Shown here piece by piece: positions 30,320-48,204 of a DNA stretch of 64,000 nt. The notes beneath the pieces were generated by a model that ran no database searches, was not told where the DNA came from, and saw only the letters and a program-made list of their open reading frames with translations. A program made the position numbers and the translations under genes. Where the stretch lies: positions 8,546 through 72,545 of the forward strand of contig DATKCD010000073.1 of the NCBI GenBank assembly GCA_035544735.1, read 5' to 3'. Each line of letters begins with the position of its first letter. The stretch's first letter is position 1. Source of the stretch: Thermoanaerobaculia bacterium. GTDB lineage: Bacteria; Acidobacteriota; Thermoanaerobaculia; Gp7-AA8.

Positions 30320-30392
30320 GTCGCATCCGGGAGCGACCTGTTACGATTGAGAGCGGAACGCGGTGGCGCTCCGCTCTTTTCATTTCGATCCG

Positions 30393-31097
30393 ATGAGCGC
30401 AGAAACGGGCCGTCTTCGATGCGTGGCGATCCTTCCCGCGGGAGGATCCGGAATGCGCTTCGGCGGCGGGATCCCGAAACAGTTCGCGGAGCACGGGGGG
30501 CGGCCGTTGATCGGCTGGGCGATCGCGAGACTCGTGGAGAGCGGGCTGGTCGATCGAATCGTCGTCGCGGTTCCGGGCGCGCATCGGAGTCTGGCCGAGG
30601 CGATCATCCGCGAGGGCGCATGGAGCGCGGCCATCGACCTCGCGAACGGTGGCGCGACCCGGCAGGAGTCGGTCTGGAACGCTCTGGAGTCGGCGCCGGA
30701 GAGCGAGCTCGTCGCCGTTCACGACGCGGTCCGCCCCAACGTCTCGGCGGCCACGCTCGGATCTCTGCTCGATGCGGCCGCGCGATGGGGAGGAGCGATC
30801 CCCGGGCTTCCGCTCACCGATACGATCCATCGGGTCGAAGGTGCGTTCGTCGTCGAATCTCCGCGCCGTCAGGAGTGGGTCGCGGCGCAGACGCCCCAAT
30901 GCTTCCGGCGCGAGATCCTCGTCGAAGCGATGAAGCGCGCCCGCGACGAAGGGTGGGTGGGGACGGACGAGGCGGGGATCGTCGCCCGTCACGGGGGGAA
31001 GGTCCGCGTGCTCGATGGTGATCCGCGGAACGTGAAGGTCACGTGGCGCGAGGACCTCGGGCGCCTGCCCCTCGGCCTCGGAGAGGATGCGGAATGA
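30393..31097 (+). CDS. ispD: 2-C-methyl-D-erythritol 4-phosphate cytidylyltransferase
   Basis: AILPAGGSGMRFG...KQF IspD signature. Confidence 0.9.
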   Translation: MSAETGRLRCVAILPAGGSGMRFGGGIPKQFAEHGGRPLIGWAIARLVESGLVDRIVVAVPGAHRSLAEAIIREGAWSAAIDLANGGATRQESVWNALESAPESELVAVHDAVRPNVSAATLGSLLDAAARWGGAIPGLPLTDTIHRVEGAFVVESPRRQEWVAAQTPQCFRREILVEAMKRARDEGWVGTDEAGIVARHGGKVRVLDGDPRNVKVTWREDLGRLPLGLGEDAE

Positions 31098-31579
31098 TCC
31101 GGATCGGTCAGGGAATCGACGTCCACCCGTTTCAGGAGGATCGGCCGCTCGTGCTGGGTGGTGTGCGGATCGCCGACCGGAGAGGGCTGGCGGGCCATTC
31201 GGACGCCGACGCGGTCCTTCACGCGCTGACCGACGCGCTTCTCGGATCGGTCGCGGCGGGAGACATCGGCGCCCACTTTCCTTCGTCGGATCCGAAGTGG
31301 CGCGACGCGGACTCCCGGCTGTTCGTCGCCGGAGCGCTCGACGCGGTCGCTCGCGCCGGCTTTCGCGTCGTCAACGTCGATGTCACGATCGTGGCTGAAA
31401 CGCCGAAGCTCGCGCAGCAGATGGAGCCGATCCGATCCTCGATCGCCGCGATGCTCGGGATCGAGAGCGGGCGGGTGGGCGTGAAGGCGACCACGACCGA
31501 CCATCTCGGTTTCGTCGGCCGGAACGAGGGAATCGCCGCACTCGCCGTCGTCCTGGTCGAATCCCTCGACCGCTCCTGA
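31094..31579 (+). CDS. ispF: 2-C-methyl-D-erythritol 2,4-cyclodiphosphate synthase
   Basis: RIGQGIDVHPF...HSDADAVLHALTDALLG. Overlaps the ispD stop (ATGA). Confidence 0.9.
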   Translation: MIRIGQGIDVHPFQEDRPLVLGGVRIADRRGLAGHSDADAVLHALTDALLGSVAAGDIGAHFPSSDPKWRDADSRLFVAGALDAVARAGFRVVNVDVTIVAETPKLAQQMEPIRSSIAAMLGIESGRVGVKATTTDHLGFVGRNEGIAALAVVLVESLDRS

Positions 31580-31654
31580 ACCCGGACGCCGGGACGCCGG
31601 CCCGATTCGCGTTATAGTTCCCGCCAGCTTCGATTCCCCGGAGGATGCTCCTCG

Positions 31655-33169
31655 TTGACCGTACGCGTTCGATTCGCTCCTTCACCGACCGGTCACCTTC
31701 ACGTCGGCGGCGCCCGCACTGCGATCTTCAACTGGCTCTTCGCCCGCCGTCACGGAGGCGCCTTCATCATCCGCATCGAGAACACCGACACCGAGAGGTC
31801 GACGGCCGAATCCGAGGAGATGGTGCTCGGCGACCTGCGCTGGCTCGGCCTTCAGTGGGATGAAGGCCCCGACGTCGGAGGCATTCACGGTCCCTACCGT
31901 CAATCGGAGCGATTCGATCTTTACGGCCGCGTCGCCCTCGAGCTCATCGACCGCGGGCATGCCTATCCCTGCTTCTGCGATGAGGAAACGCTCGACCGCA
32001 AGCGGAGAGAGGCGGAAGCATCGAGCAGCCCGCCCCAATACGATCTCACCTGCTGGCGGCTTCCGATCGACGAGCGGAAGAGACGGATCGACGAGGCCGA
32101 GACCCCGTACGTCGTACGGTTCCACGTTCCGAAGCAGGCGGACGCCGCCTTCGAGGCGGACGTCACCATCGAAGATCTGATCCGTGGCGCGGTCACCTGG
32201 CGGAAGGAATCGCTCGGAGACTTCATCATCCTCCGCTCCGATGGAAGGCCGACCTACAACTTTTCCGTCGTGGTCGACGACCACATGATGGAGATCTCGC
32301 ACGTGATCCGCGCCGAAGAGCATCTGACGAACACCCACAGGCAGGTGCTGCTCTATCGCGCGATGGGGTGGAACGAGCCGCAGTTCGCTCACGTCTCGCT
32401 CATCCTGGGCGAAGACCGCTCGAAGCTGTCGAAGCGCCACGGCGCAACCTCCATCTCCCAGTTCGCGGAGGCGGGGCATCTGCCCGACGCCATGCTGAAC
32501 TACCTCACCCTTCTCGGATGGTCTCCGCCTGACGGGCACGAAGTGTTCACACGGGCCGAAGCCGTCGCCCACTTCTCGCTCGAGCGCGTGAACCCGGCTC
32601 CGGCCGCCTTCGACGAACGGAAGCTGCGCTGGATGAGCGGGCAGTACCTGCGACGCCTCGAGCCGGGAACGCTCCGCCGCCAGCTCTATCGCTCCTTCGA
32701 ACAGGCGGGGTGGGTCGTCGGCGGCGGACCCGACGCCGAGCGATGGCTCGATGCGGCGGTCGAGATGGTTCAGAGCTCGGCCGAGCTCACCACCGAGATC
32801 CTCCCGGCGCTGCGGTTCCTCTTCGAGTTCGATCCCGTTGCCGTCGTCGGGGATCCCGAATCGGGATCCGTCCTGCGCGACCCCGGAAACCGCACCGTTC
32901 TCGACGCGCTCCTGCGCGAGCTCGAAAGCGGCGGGGGCCCGCGCGACGCCGACCAGGTCCACGCGCTCGCGAAACGGCTCGAGGCCGCCACCGGACGGAA
33001 GGGAAAGGCTCTGTTCATGCCGATGCGGCTCGCCGTCACCGGGACGCTGCACGGTCCCGAGCTCGCCCGCGTCCTGCCGCTGCTCGAAACGGGAAGCGAA
33101 CTGCGCGGCCTCGCTCCGATCGACGCTCCCGCCGCCCGAGTGAGGCGCGTGCTCGCCGCCCTCGGATGA
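31655..33169 (+). CDS. gltX: Glutamyl-tRNA synthetase
   Basis: VRFAPSPTGHLHVGGARTA (HIGH) and KLSKRHG (KMSKS). TTG start. Confidence 0.9.
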   Translation: MTVRVRFAPSPTGHLHVGGARTAIFNWLFARRHGGAFIIRIENTDTERSTAESEEMVLGDLRWLGLQWDEGPDVGGIHGPYRQSERFDLYGRVALELIDRGHAYPCFCDEETLDRKRREAEASSSPPQYDLTCWRLPIDERKRRIDEAETPYVVRFHVPKQADAAFEADVTIEDLIRGAVTWRKESLGDFIILRSDGRPTYNFSVVVDDHMMEISHVIRAEEHLTNTHRQVLLYRAMGWNEPQFAHVSLILGEDRSKLSKRHGATSISQFAEAGHLPDAMLNYLTLLGWSPPDGHEVFTRAEAVAHFSLERVNPAPAAFDERKLRWMSGQYLRRLEPGTLRRQLYRSFEQAGWVVGGGPDAERWLDAAVEMVQSSAELTTEILPALRFLFEFDPVAVVGDPESGSVLRDPGNRTVLDALLRELESGGGPRDADQVHALAKRLEAATGRKGKALFMPMRLAVTGTLHGPELARVLPLLETGSELRGLAPIDAPAARVRRVLAALG

Positions 33170-33173
33170 TCCG

Positions 33174-34208
33174 ATGTACGACGCGCTCCGGTCGATCCTG
33201 TTCCACGCCGACGCCGAGGCCGCTCACGAGCTCGCCATGTGGCAGTTGCAGCGGATCCAGGGGATTCCTCCTCTGCTCGACGCGATCCGAGCTCACTGCC
33301 GTCCTCGCGCCCGGGTCTCGCGGACCGTCTGGGGGCTCCGCTTCGCCAATCCTCTCGGCCTCGCGGCCGGCTTCGACAAGAACGCCACGGCCATCGAGGC
33401 CCTCGAAGCCCTCGGTTTCGGCTTCATCGAGGTGGGGACCGTCACGCTCCGGCCGCAACCGGGGAATCCCCCTCCCCGGATCTTTCGCTTCCCGCGGCAG
33501 AAGGCTCTCGTGAACCGTCTCGGGTTCAATAACGATGGTGCGGAACGGGTCGCCGAGAGGCTGCGACTCCGCGTGGAACGGCGTGGAACCTCCGTGGAAC
33601 CGCCGCCGCCCGTCTTCGTCAACGTCGGGAAGAATCGGGACGTCGATGCGGCGGCCGCTGCGGAGGCGTATGCCGCCTGCTACCGGATCGTCGGGCCGTG
33701 GGCGGACGGCACGGTGGTCAACGTCTCTTCCCCGAACACGCCGAACCTGCGCGATCTGCAGCGGCCCTGGCAGTTGCGCGAGATCCTCGATGCGCTCGGG
33801 GCGGCTCGGGCTCGATTTCCGGCCGGACCGTTCCGGCCGATCCTGGTCAAGATCGCCCCCGATCTCGAATTGCGACAGATCGAAGCGATCGCGTCGGTCT
33901 GCGTCGAGCTCGCCGACGGGATCGTTGCGACGAACACCACCCTCGATCACGGGTCGATTCCTCCGGACGAGGACGCGCCCGGGGGGCTTTCGGGGGCGCC
34001 ACTCTTCGAGAGATCGACGGCGGTCCTGCAGGAGCTGAGGGGGCTCGTGGGACCGCGCTATCCGCTGGTCGGGGTCGGCGGGATCGTCGATTCCGGCTCG
34101 GCGAGAGCGAAGCTGGCGGCGGGCGCCGACCTGATCCAGACGTATACGGGATTCGTCTACGGGGGCCCGCTGTTCGTCAGGAGAATCGTGGAGGAGCTGG
34201 CGGCATGA
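33174..34208 (+). CDS. pyrD: Dihydroorotate dehydrogenase (class 2, quinone-dependent)
   Basis: N-terminal membrane-association helix, then GLAAGFDKN...GFGFIEVGTVT...NVSSPNTPNLRDLQ. Confidence 0.9.
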   Translation: MYDALRSILFHADAEAAHELAMWQLQRIQGIPPLLDAIRAHCRPRARVSRTVWGLRFANPLGLAAGFDKNATAIEALEALGFGFIEVGTVTLRPQPGNPPPRIFRFPRQKALVNRLGFNNDGAERVAERLRLRVERRGTSVEPPPPVFVNVGKNRDVDAAAAAEAYAACYRIVGPWADGTVVNVSSPNTPNLRDLQRPWQLREILDALGAARARFPAGPFRPILVKIAPDLELRQIEAIASVCVELADGIVATNTTLDHGSIPPDEDAPGGLSGAPLFERSTAVLQELRGLVGPRYPLVGVGGIVDSGSARAKLAAGADLIQTYTGFVYGGPLFVRRIVEELAA

Positions 34209-34915
34209 TCGTCTACGGGGCCAACCCGGTTCTCGAGGCACTCCGGGCGCATCCGGAGCGCGTGCGATGGGTGGCGGTGTCGCGGGAGGGAGGACGGCGC
34301 GGACAGCGGATCGTCGAGGCGGCGCGCGAGGCGGGGGTGGCTGTGCGTTTTCCGGGAGCGAAGGAGCTCGCCCGCCTGGCGGGGGGGGGCGTCCACAACG
34401 GGGTCGTCGCCGAAGTCTCCTCGGGGGCATACGCCGGATTCGAGGAGGCGGTCGCGGCGGCGGAGGTGGTGTTTCTGCTCGACGGGATCACCGATCCGCA
34501 GAATCTCGGAGCGATCCTGAGGGTGGCGGACGCCTTCGGAGTCGATCTGATCGTGATTCCGGAGCACGACTCCGCGGGGCTGACGCCGGCGGCGGTCAAG
34601 GCCTCGGCCGGGGCGGCCGAGTGGGTCCGGGTTGCTCAGGTGACCAATCTCGCGCGGGCGATCGAGCGACTCAAGCGCGAGGAATTCTGGATCTGGGGGG
34701 CGGCGGCCGATGGCGAGCCGGCCGACCGGGTCGACCTGCGCGGGAAGACGGGCCTCGTTCTCGGGAGCGAAGGCAAGGGGATCCGGCGGAACGTGCTGGA
34801 GCATTGCGACGGGCGGGTGGCGATCCCGATGCAGGGACACGTCGGTTCGCTGAACGTGGCGGCGGCGGCAGCGGTGCTCGCGTACGAGCTGCGACGACAG
34901 CGGGGGAAGGACTGA
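34205..34915 (+). CDS. rlmB: TrmH/SpoU-family 23S rRNA (Gm2251) 2'-O-methyltransferase, RlmB-like
   Basis: SPOUT motifs DGITDPQNLGAILRVADAFG, LVLGSEGKGI and GSLNVAAAAAV. Confidence 0.8.
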   Translation: MIVYGANPVLEALRAHPERVRWVAVSREGGRRGQRIVEAAREAGVAVRFPGAKELARLAGGGVHNGVVAEVSSGAYAGFEEAVAAAEVVFLLDGITDPQNLGAILRVADAFGVDLIVIPEHDSAGLTPAAVKASAGAAEWVRVAQVTNLARAIERLKREEFWIWGAAADGEPADRVDLRGKTGLVLGSEGKGIRRNVLEHCDGRVAIPMQGHVGSLNVAAAAAVLAYELRRQRGKD

Positions 34916-35128
34916 GAGGCTTTTCGGGGCTCTGAACCGGATCGCCGGGTCGTCTTCCCGAGCCGGCCGGGGGTGCCCGTAAACGGCGTCGAGCGCGGGC
35001 TCGGCAATCGGAATACGGTGCGCTTGCCCTCCGTTAGGCGATTTGCTATAAGGCTCAGTCCCTCGAGCCGAGACCGGCGGACGGTGGAGGTCCGCCTTTC
35101 GAGTTTCTTTGAAATCAAGGGAATCCGG

Positions 35129-35204
35129 GCTGGCATAGCTCAGTTGGTAGAGCAGCTGATTTGTAATCAGCAGGTCGCGGGTTCGAGTCCCGCCGCCAGC
35201 TCCA
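35129..35204 (+). tRNA. tRNA-Thr (anticodon TGT)
   Basis: Manual fold: acceptor gctggca/cgccagc, D-arm gctcagttggtagagc, anticodon loop tttgtaa, T-arm gcgggttcgagtcccgc, encoded CCA end. Confidence 0.85.
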
Positions 35205-35229
35205 GCACCCCGGGGCCGGAACGAGGTGT

Positions 35230-35315
35230 GGAGGCGTGCCCGAGTGGCTAAAGGGGGCAGACTGTAAATCTGTTGGCGCAAGCCTACGGTGGTTCGAATC
35301 CATCCGCCTCCACCA
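35230..35315 (+). tRNA. tRNA-Tyr (anticodon GTA), long variable arm
   Basis: ggaggcgtgcccgagtggc...gactGTAaatc...ggttcgaatcc...cgcctccacca. Confidence 0.85.
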
Positions 35316-35412
35316 GCTCGTCCGTCCAGTGCGGCGGCTTGGGATCCCCGTTCAGCGGCGGAAGCTCGAGAGCGCTCGAGGGTCCGCCGGCGGCCGGGGC
35401 GAATCGGGCCGG

Positions 35413-35487
35413 GCGGGAGTAACTCAGTGGTAGAGTCACAGCCTTCCAAGCTGTTGGTCGCGGGTTCGATCCCCGTCTCCCGCTCCA
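35413..35487 (+). tRNA. tRNA-Gly (anticodon TCC)
   Basis: gcgggagtaactcagtggtagag...ccttCCAa loop has TCC at positions 34-36. Ends in the canonical Gly 3' sequence ...gtcgcgggttcgatccccgtctcccgctcca. Confidence 0.85.
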
Positions 35488-35546
35488 ATCCGATCCCGAC
35501 AGATCGCGAGGTGCGGAGCGCGGTCCGAGGCCGTGGACGGACGAAC

Positions 35547-35621
35547 GCCCTCGTAGCTCAGGGGTAGAGCACGTCCTTGGTAAGGACGGGGTCACGAGTT
35601 CAAATCTCGTCGAGGGCTCCA
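35547..35621 (+). tRNA. tRNA-Thr (anticodon GGT)
   Basis: gccctcgtagctcaggggtagagc...cttGGTaa...gagttcaaatctcgtcgagggctcca. Confidence 0.85.
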
Positions 35622-35700
35622 TCGGCCGGTCCGGCGCGGCCGAACGGCGAGGCAGGGGCGCGCGGCGCGGCGCGGGCGACATCACGACAACGGAGATCGC

Positions 35701-35859
35701 ATGGCGGCAGTCAGAGAGATCATCAACCTGCAGTGCACCGAGTGCAAACGCCGGAATTACTCGACGACCAAGAACCGGAAGACCTCGACCGAGAAGCTCG
35801 AGCTCAGCAAGTTCTGCCGGTTCGATCGCCGGCACACGGTGCATCGGGAAGTCAAGTAG
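35701..35859 (+). CDS. rpmG: 50S ribosomal protein L33
   Basis: Not in the ORF track (52 aa). [52 protein letters not shown] carries a C4 zinc ribbon and the L33 signature. Confidence 0.9.
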   Translation: MAAVREIINLQCTECKRRNYSTTKNRKTSTEKLELSKFCRFDRRHTVHREVK

Positions 35860-35883
35860 GCGGGGATTCGACGAGACGAACAC

Positions 35884-35960
35884 AGGCCAGTAGCTCGAAC
35901 TGGTAGAGCAGCGGTCTCCAAAACCGCGGGTTGGGGGTTCGAATCCCTCCTGGCCTGCCA
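35884..35960 (+). tRNA. tRNA-Trp (anticodon CCA)
   Basis: aggccagtagctcgaactggtagagc...ctCCAaa...ggttcgaatccctcctggcctgcca. Confidence 0.85.
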
Positions 35961-36027
35961 ACTCGCAGACGGCAGAAGGACCCGACCCGGCAGCGTCGAG
36001 TGACATCGGGAATCGGGCGATCGGAGC

Positions 36028-36258
36028 ATGAGGATGAAATTCGATCCGAAGGGGTGGTGGTCGAACACGCGTGACTACGTTCGCGAGGTCAGCTCGGAGA
36101 TGAACAAGGTGACCTGGCCCTCGCGTCCCGAGGTCATCGGGACCACGGGCGTGGTGCTCGCCACGGTGGTCTTCTTCGGACTCTATCTCTGGCTGTCCGA
36201 TCTGGTGTTCTACCGCGCGATCGATTTCGTGTTCACCCAGCTCGGAGCGGGCGCTTGA
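36028..36258 (+). CDS. secE: Preprotein translocase subunit SecE
   Basis: Single C-terminal TM helix (VIGTTGVVLATVVFFGLYLWLSD), preceded by EVSSEMNKVTWPSR. Confidence 0.85.
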   Translation: MRMKFDPKGWWSNTRDYVREVSSEMNKVTWPSRPEVIGTTGVVLATVVFFGLYLWLSDLVFYRAIDFVFTQLGAGA

Positions 36259-36262
36259 GGTC

Positions 36263-36838
36263 ATGACCGAAACCAGGCCGAAGCAGTGGTACATCGTGCA
36301 CACCTATTCCGGGTTCGAGGAACGGGTGCGCGAGAATCTCGAACAGCGGATCGACGCGCTCGCCATGCGGGAGAAGTTCGGCGAGGTGCGGATTCCGACG
36401 GAAACGCTCGTCGAGATGAAAGGGGGGAAGAAGCGCGAGGTCCAGCGCAAGTTCTTCCCCGGTTACATCCTGATCGAGATGGAGATGGACGACGAGGCGT
36501 GGCATCTGGTCAAGAACACGCCCAAGGTCACCGGGTTCGTCGGAGCCGGCAAGAAGCCGACCCCGCTGACCCAGGAGGAGGTCGATTCGATCCTCAATCA
36601 GGTCGTCTCGACCAAGGAGAAACCGAAGCCGAAGCACGTCTACGAGCACGGAGAGCACGTCCGGATCATCGACGGGCCGTTCACCAACTTCACCGGCGTG
36701 GTCGAGGAAGTGAACCTCGACCGGAACACGCTGAAGGTGATGGTCACGATCTTCGGCCGGTCGACTCCGGTGGAGCTGGACTTCCTTCAGGTGACGCGCT
36801 ACGACGCGGCGGAAGAACAGGCCGGGGCGAAGCGATGA
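36263..36838 (+). CDS. nusG: Transcription termination/antitermination factor NusG
   Basis: [14 protein letters not shown]... (NGN domain) and a KOW motif ([21 protein letters not shown]). Confidence 0.95.
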   Translation: MTETRPKQWYIVHTYSGFEERVRENLEQRIDALAMREKFGEVRIPTETLVEMKGGKKREVQRKFFPGYILIEMEMDDEAWHLVKNTPKVTGFVGAGKKPTPLTQEEVDSILNQVVSTKEKPKPKHVYEHGEHVRIIDGPFTNFTGVVEEVNLDRNTLKVMVTIFGRSTPVELDFLQVTRYDAAEEQAGAKR

Positions 36839-36848
36839 GGCCTCGCGT

Positions 36849-36940
36849 GCGGAATGAAGAACGAAAGAATGATGGTGGGGTCGAAGGTCAGTTGAATAGA
36901 CAATGATTTACAATGAAACATTCTTAGTCGTTCATTCCGC
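36849..36940 (+). promoter_or_regulatory. AT-rich structured leader between nusG and rplK (long imperfect inverted repeat)
   Basis: gcggaatgaa...(~70 nt)...ttcattccgc 10-bp perfect stem with additional gaatg/cattc pairing. GC is ~40%. Confidence 0.35.
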
Positions 36941-36964
36941 ATTCTAAAACAGGGATAGTTAATC

Positions 36965-37387
36965 ATGGCTAAAAAGGTTACCGGATTCATCAAACTGCAG
37001 ATTCCTGCGGGGCAGGCGACCCCGGCCCCTCCCGTCGGGCCCGCCCTCGGCCAGCACGGCGTGAACATCATGGAGTTCTGCAAAGCATTCAACGCCCGGA
37101 CGCAGAAGGATCAGGGGCTCATCATCCCGGTCGTGATCACGGTCTTCTCCGACCGCTCGTTCACCTTCATCACCAAGACCCCTCCCGCCGCCATCCTGCT
37201 GCTCCGCGCCGCCGGCCTGCAGAAGGGCTCGGGGGTTCCGAACCGGGAGAAGGTCGGCACGGTCAGGCGCCAGCAGGTCGAGGAGATCGCGAAGACCAAG
37301 ATGCCCGACCTGAATGCGGCGTCTCTCGAGGCGGCGGTTCGAACCGTGGAGGGAACCGCTCGCTCGATGGGGATCGACGTGGAGTGA
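36965..37387 (+). CDS. rplK: 50S ribosomal protein L11
   Basis: [43 protein letters not shown]. Confidence 0.95.
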   Translation: MAKKVTGFIKLQIPAGQATPAPPVGPALGQHGVNIMEFCKAFNARTQKDQGLIIPVVITVFSDRSFTFITKTPPAAILLLRAAGLQKGSGVPNREKVGTVRRQQVEEIAKTKMPDLNAASLEAAVRTVEGTARSMGIDVE

Positions 37388-37528
37388 GAAGAACCAATCG
37401 TCGAAGGGGCGAGGTCGGTTTCTCCCCGTTTCGACGTTCGAGAAGGCCCCCGGCATGGTGCCGGGCAGACGGCAACCGAAAGCGTAGGAGATGAGGGCGA
37501 CCTCATCGTTCGGACTACCGGAGGTGCA

Positions 37529-38230
37529 ATGGCGCAACACGGAAAGAAGTACCGGGCGGCAGCCGACCGGGTCGAGCCGCGTCCGTATCAGCTCGAGGAG
37601 GCGTTCGCGCTCCTCAAGCAGATCGCGTACGCGAAATTCGACGAGACGGTCGAGCTCGCGGTGCTGCTCGGAGTCAACCCCAAGCATGCGGATCAGATGG
37701 TGCGGGGCACCACGGTCCTTCCCCACGGAACCGGTCAGACCAAGCGCGTGCTCGTCATCGCCGCGGGCGACAAGCAGCGCGAGGCGCAGGAGGCCGGAGC
37801 CGATTACGTCGGCGGAGACGATCTCGTCGAAAAGATCCAGAAGGGGTGGGTCGACTTCGATGCGGTGATCGCCACCCCCGACATGATGAAGTCGGTCGGA
37901 CGCCTCGGAAAGGTCCTCGGGCCGCGGGGCCTGATGCCGAATCCCAAGACCGGCACGGTGACGTTCGACGTCGTGAAGGCCCTCCAGGAGATCAAAGCCG
38001 GCAAGGTCGAGTTCCGCGTCGACAAGACGGCGATCATCCACGTCCCAGTCGGCAAGGTCTCGTTCTCGCCACGGCAGCTCGCCGATAACGCGGATGCGAT
38101 GATCGCCGCCGTCCGGAAGGCCAGGCCGGTCGCGGCCAAAGGTCGTTTCATGAAGTCCATTTACATCTCGTCCACGATGAGCCCCTCGATCCCCATCGAT
38201 GCGGCCATCGGCGAAGCGAAGGCGGAGTAG
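37529..38230 (+). CDS. rplA: 50S ribosomal protein L1
   Basis: L1 family collinearity ([10 protein letters not shown]...GTVTFDV). Confidence 0.95.
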   Translation: MAQHGKKYRAAADRVEPRPYQLEEAFALLKQIAYAKFDETVELAVLLGVNPKHADQMVRGTTVLPHGTGQTKRVLVIAAGDKQREAQEAGADYVGGDDLVEKIQKGWVDFDAVIATPDMMKSVGRLGKVLGPRGLMPNPKTGTVTFDVVKALQEIKAGKVEFRVDKTAIIHVPVGKVSFSPRQLADNADAMIAAVRKARPVAAKGRFMKSIYISSTMSPSIPIDAAIGEAKAE

Positions 38231-38240
38231 GAGAGGGACG

Positions 38241-38789
38241 ATGAAGCGCGAAGACAAACAACAGATCGTCGAAACTCTGAAACGCGAGATCGGTCAGGCC
38301 ACCAACGCCTTCCTGATCGAGTTCAAGGGAATCACCGTTCCCCAGGTCACCGAACTGCGCAGGCACGTCCGCGACACCGGTTCCCGGTACGTCGTGGTCA
38401 AGAACACCCTCGCCCTGATCGCTCTCAAGGACTCGCCCATGATCGAGCTCCGCGAGCAGTTCAGGGGCGAAACGGCCGTCGCCTACAACTCAGGCGACGC
38501 CGTGGCGCTCGCCAAAGCCCTCACCAGGTTCGCCAAGGACGTTCCGGCGCTCACCTTCAAGGGGGTCCTGCTCGACGGCAAGGTGGTCCCGGCCGAGCAG
38601 ATCGAAGACATTGCCAGCCTGCCCAGCCGCGAAGAGCTGGTCTCGAAGCTCCTCTACGTTCTCCAGAGCCCGATCCGGGGGCTGGCGACGGTGCTTCAGG
38701 CCAACATTCGCAACCTCGCGGTCGTCCTCGATCAGGTCGCGAGACAGAAGGGCGGCGGAGAGGAACCGGAGCAGGCGGCATCCGAATGA
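38241..38789 (+). CDS. rplJ: 50S ribosomal protein L10
   Basis: MKREDKQQIVETLKREIGQATNAFLIEFKGITV. Confidence 0.9.
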   Translation: MKREDKQQIVETLKREIGQATNAFLIEFKGITVPQVTELRRHVRDTGSRYVVVKNTLALIALKDSPMIELREQFRGETAVAYNSGDAVALAKALTRFAKDVPALTFKGVLLDGKVVPAEQIEDIASLPSREELVSKLLYVLQSPIRGLATVLQANIRNLAVVLDQVARQKGGGEEPEQAASE

Positions 38790-38874
38790 TTCACGGATCA
38801 GGGTCGGCCGCCGGCCGACTCGATGGATTGCGAACGAAACTCGAAATTAGCGAGAAACCTGGAGGCTGAAAGCG

Positions 38875-39255
38875 ATGGCTATGTCCACTGAAGAATTCGT
38901 CAAGTCGATCGAGCAGATGTCGGTGCTCGACCTTTCGAACCTGGTCAAGGCGCTCGAGGAGCGCTTCGGCGTGTCGGCCGCCGCGGCGGCGATGCCGATG
39001 GCGATGCCTGCGGCGGCCGCCGCCGCGGCGCCGGTCGAGGAGCAGACCGAGTTCAACGTCGTCCTCTCGGAGGTCGGCGAGAAGAAGATCAACGTCATCA
39101 AGGCCGTCCGCGAGGTCACCAGCCTCGGCCTGAAGGAGGCCAAGGACCTGGTCGAGAGCGCCCCCGCCACCGTCAAGGAAGGGGTGTCCAAGGACGAGGC
39201 GGCGAAGATCAAGAAGATCTTCGAAGAGGCCGGCGCCAAGGTGACGATCAAGTAA
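38875..39255 (+). CDS. rplL: 50S ribosomal protein L7/L12
   Basis: Ala-rich hinge and C-terminal domain [37 protein letters not shown]. Confidence 0.95.
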   Translation: MAMSTEEFVKSIEQMSVLDLSNLVKALEERFGVSAAAAAMPMAMPAAAAAAAPVEEQTEFNVVLSEVGEKKINVIKAVREVTSLGLKEAKDLVESAPATVKEGVSKDEAAKIKKIFEEAGAKVTIK

Positions 39256-39275
39256 ATCCCCCGGGATTCGGGATT

Positions 39276-39310
39276 CGCGGGCGGCCCCCGGAGGGGCCGC
39301 CCGAAGCGGA
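39276..39310 (+). terminator. rplL-rpoB intergenic attenuator hairpin
   Basis: gggcggcccc-cgga-ggggccgccc is a perfect 10-bp GC stem. Confidence 0.55.
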
Positions 39311-39642
39311 CTCGTCCGCTGGCCCGGGAATGGGAAGCCCCGGAAGGCGTTGTAACGGTTCGGGCAACCCATTCAGCAGTCTCCAATTCCGGACCGGCGT
39401 CCGGTCGCGAATCGTCAGAGAGTTCTCGAGTCGGGAAAGGGGGGGAGAGGTCCCTTTCCATACGACTCTCGGTTTTCCCCGCGAAACACCGTGCCGTGCC
39501 TGCCTGCGGCCGATCTCGCAAAGATTAGAGTTCCGAGTGCCGGGTCATCCGAGTCTCGAGTTGTGTTCCGCGCAGCTCGGGACCTCGTCATTTCCCGACC
39601 TCGGCCCCTCGGAGCTCGGCAGTCAAGAAGGAGCCAGGGCCC

Positions 39643-43926
<4,284 letters not shown>

Positions 43927-43940
43927 AGAGGAGGCGAACC

Positions 43941-48122
<4,182 letters not shown>

Positions 48123-48144
48123 CCGCTGTACGGATCCAGGATCG

Positions 48145-48182
48145 GAGGGCGGGCCCGGGTGGGCTCGCCCTCTTCGTTTCCG
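48145..48182. terminator. Terminator after rpoC (bidirectional with the convergent proline dehydrogenase gene)
   Basis: gagggcgggcccgggtgggctcgccctc stem followed by ttcgtttcc. Confidence 0.6.
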
Positions 48183-48204
48183 CGGAGCACGCCGCGATCG
48201 CGCC

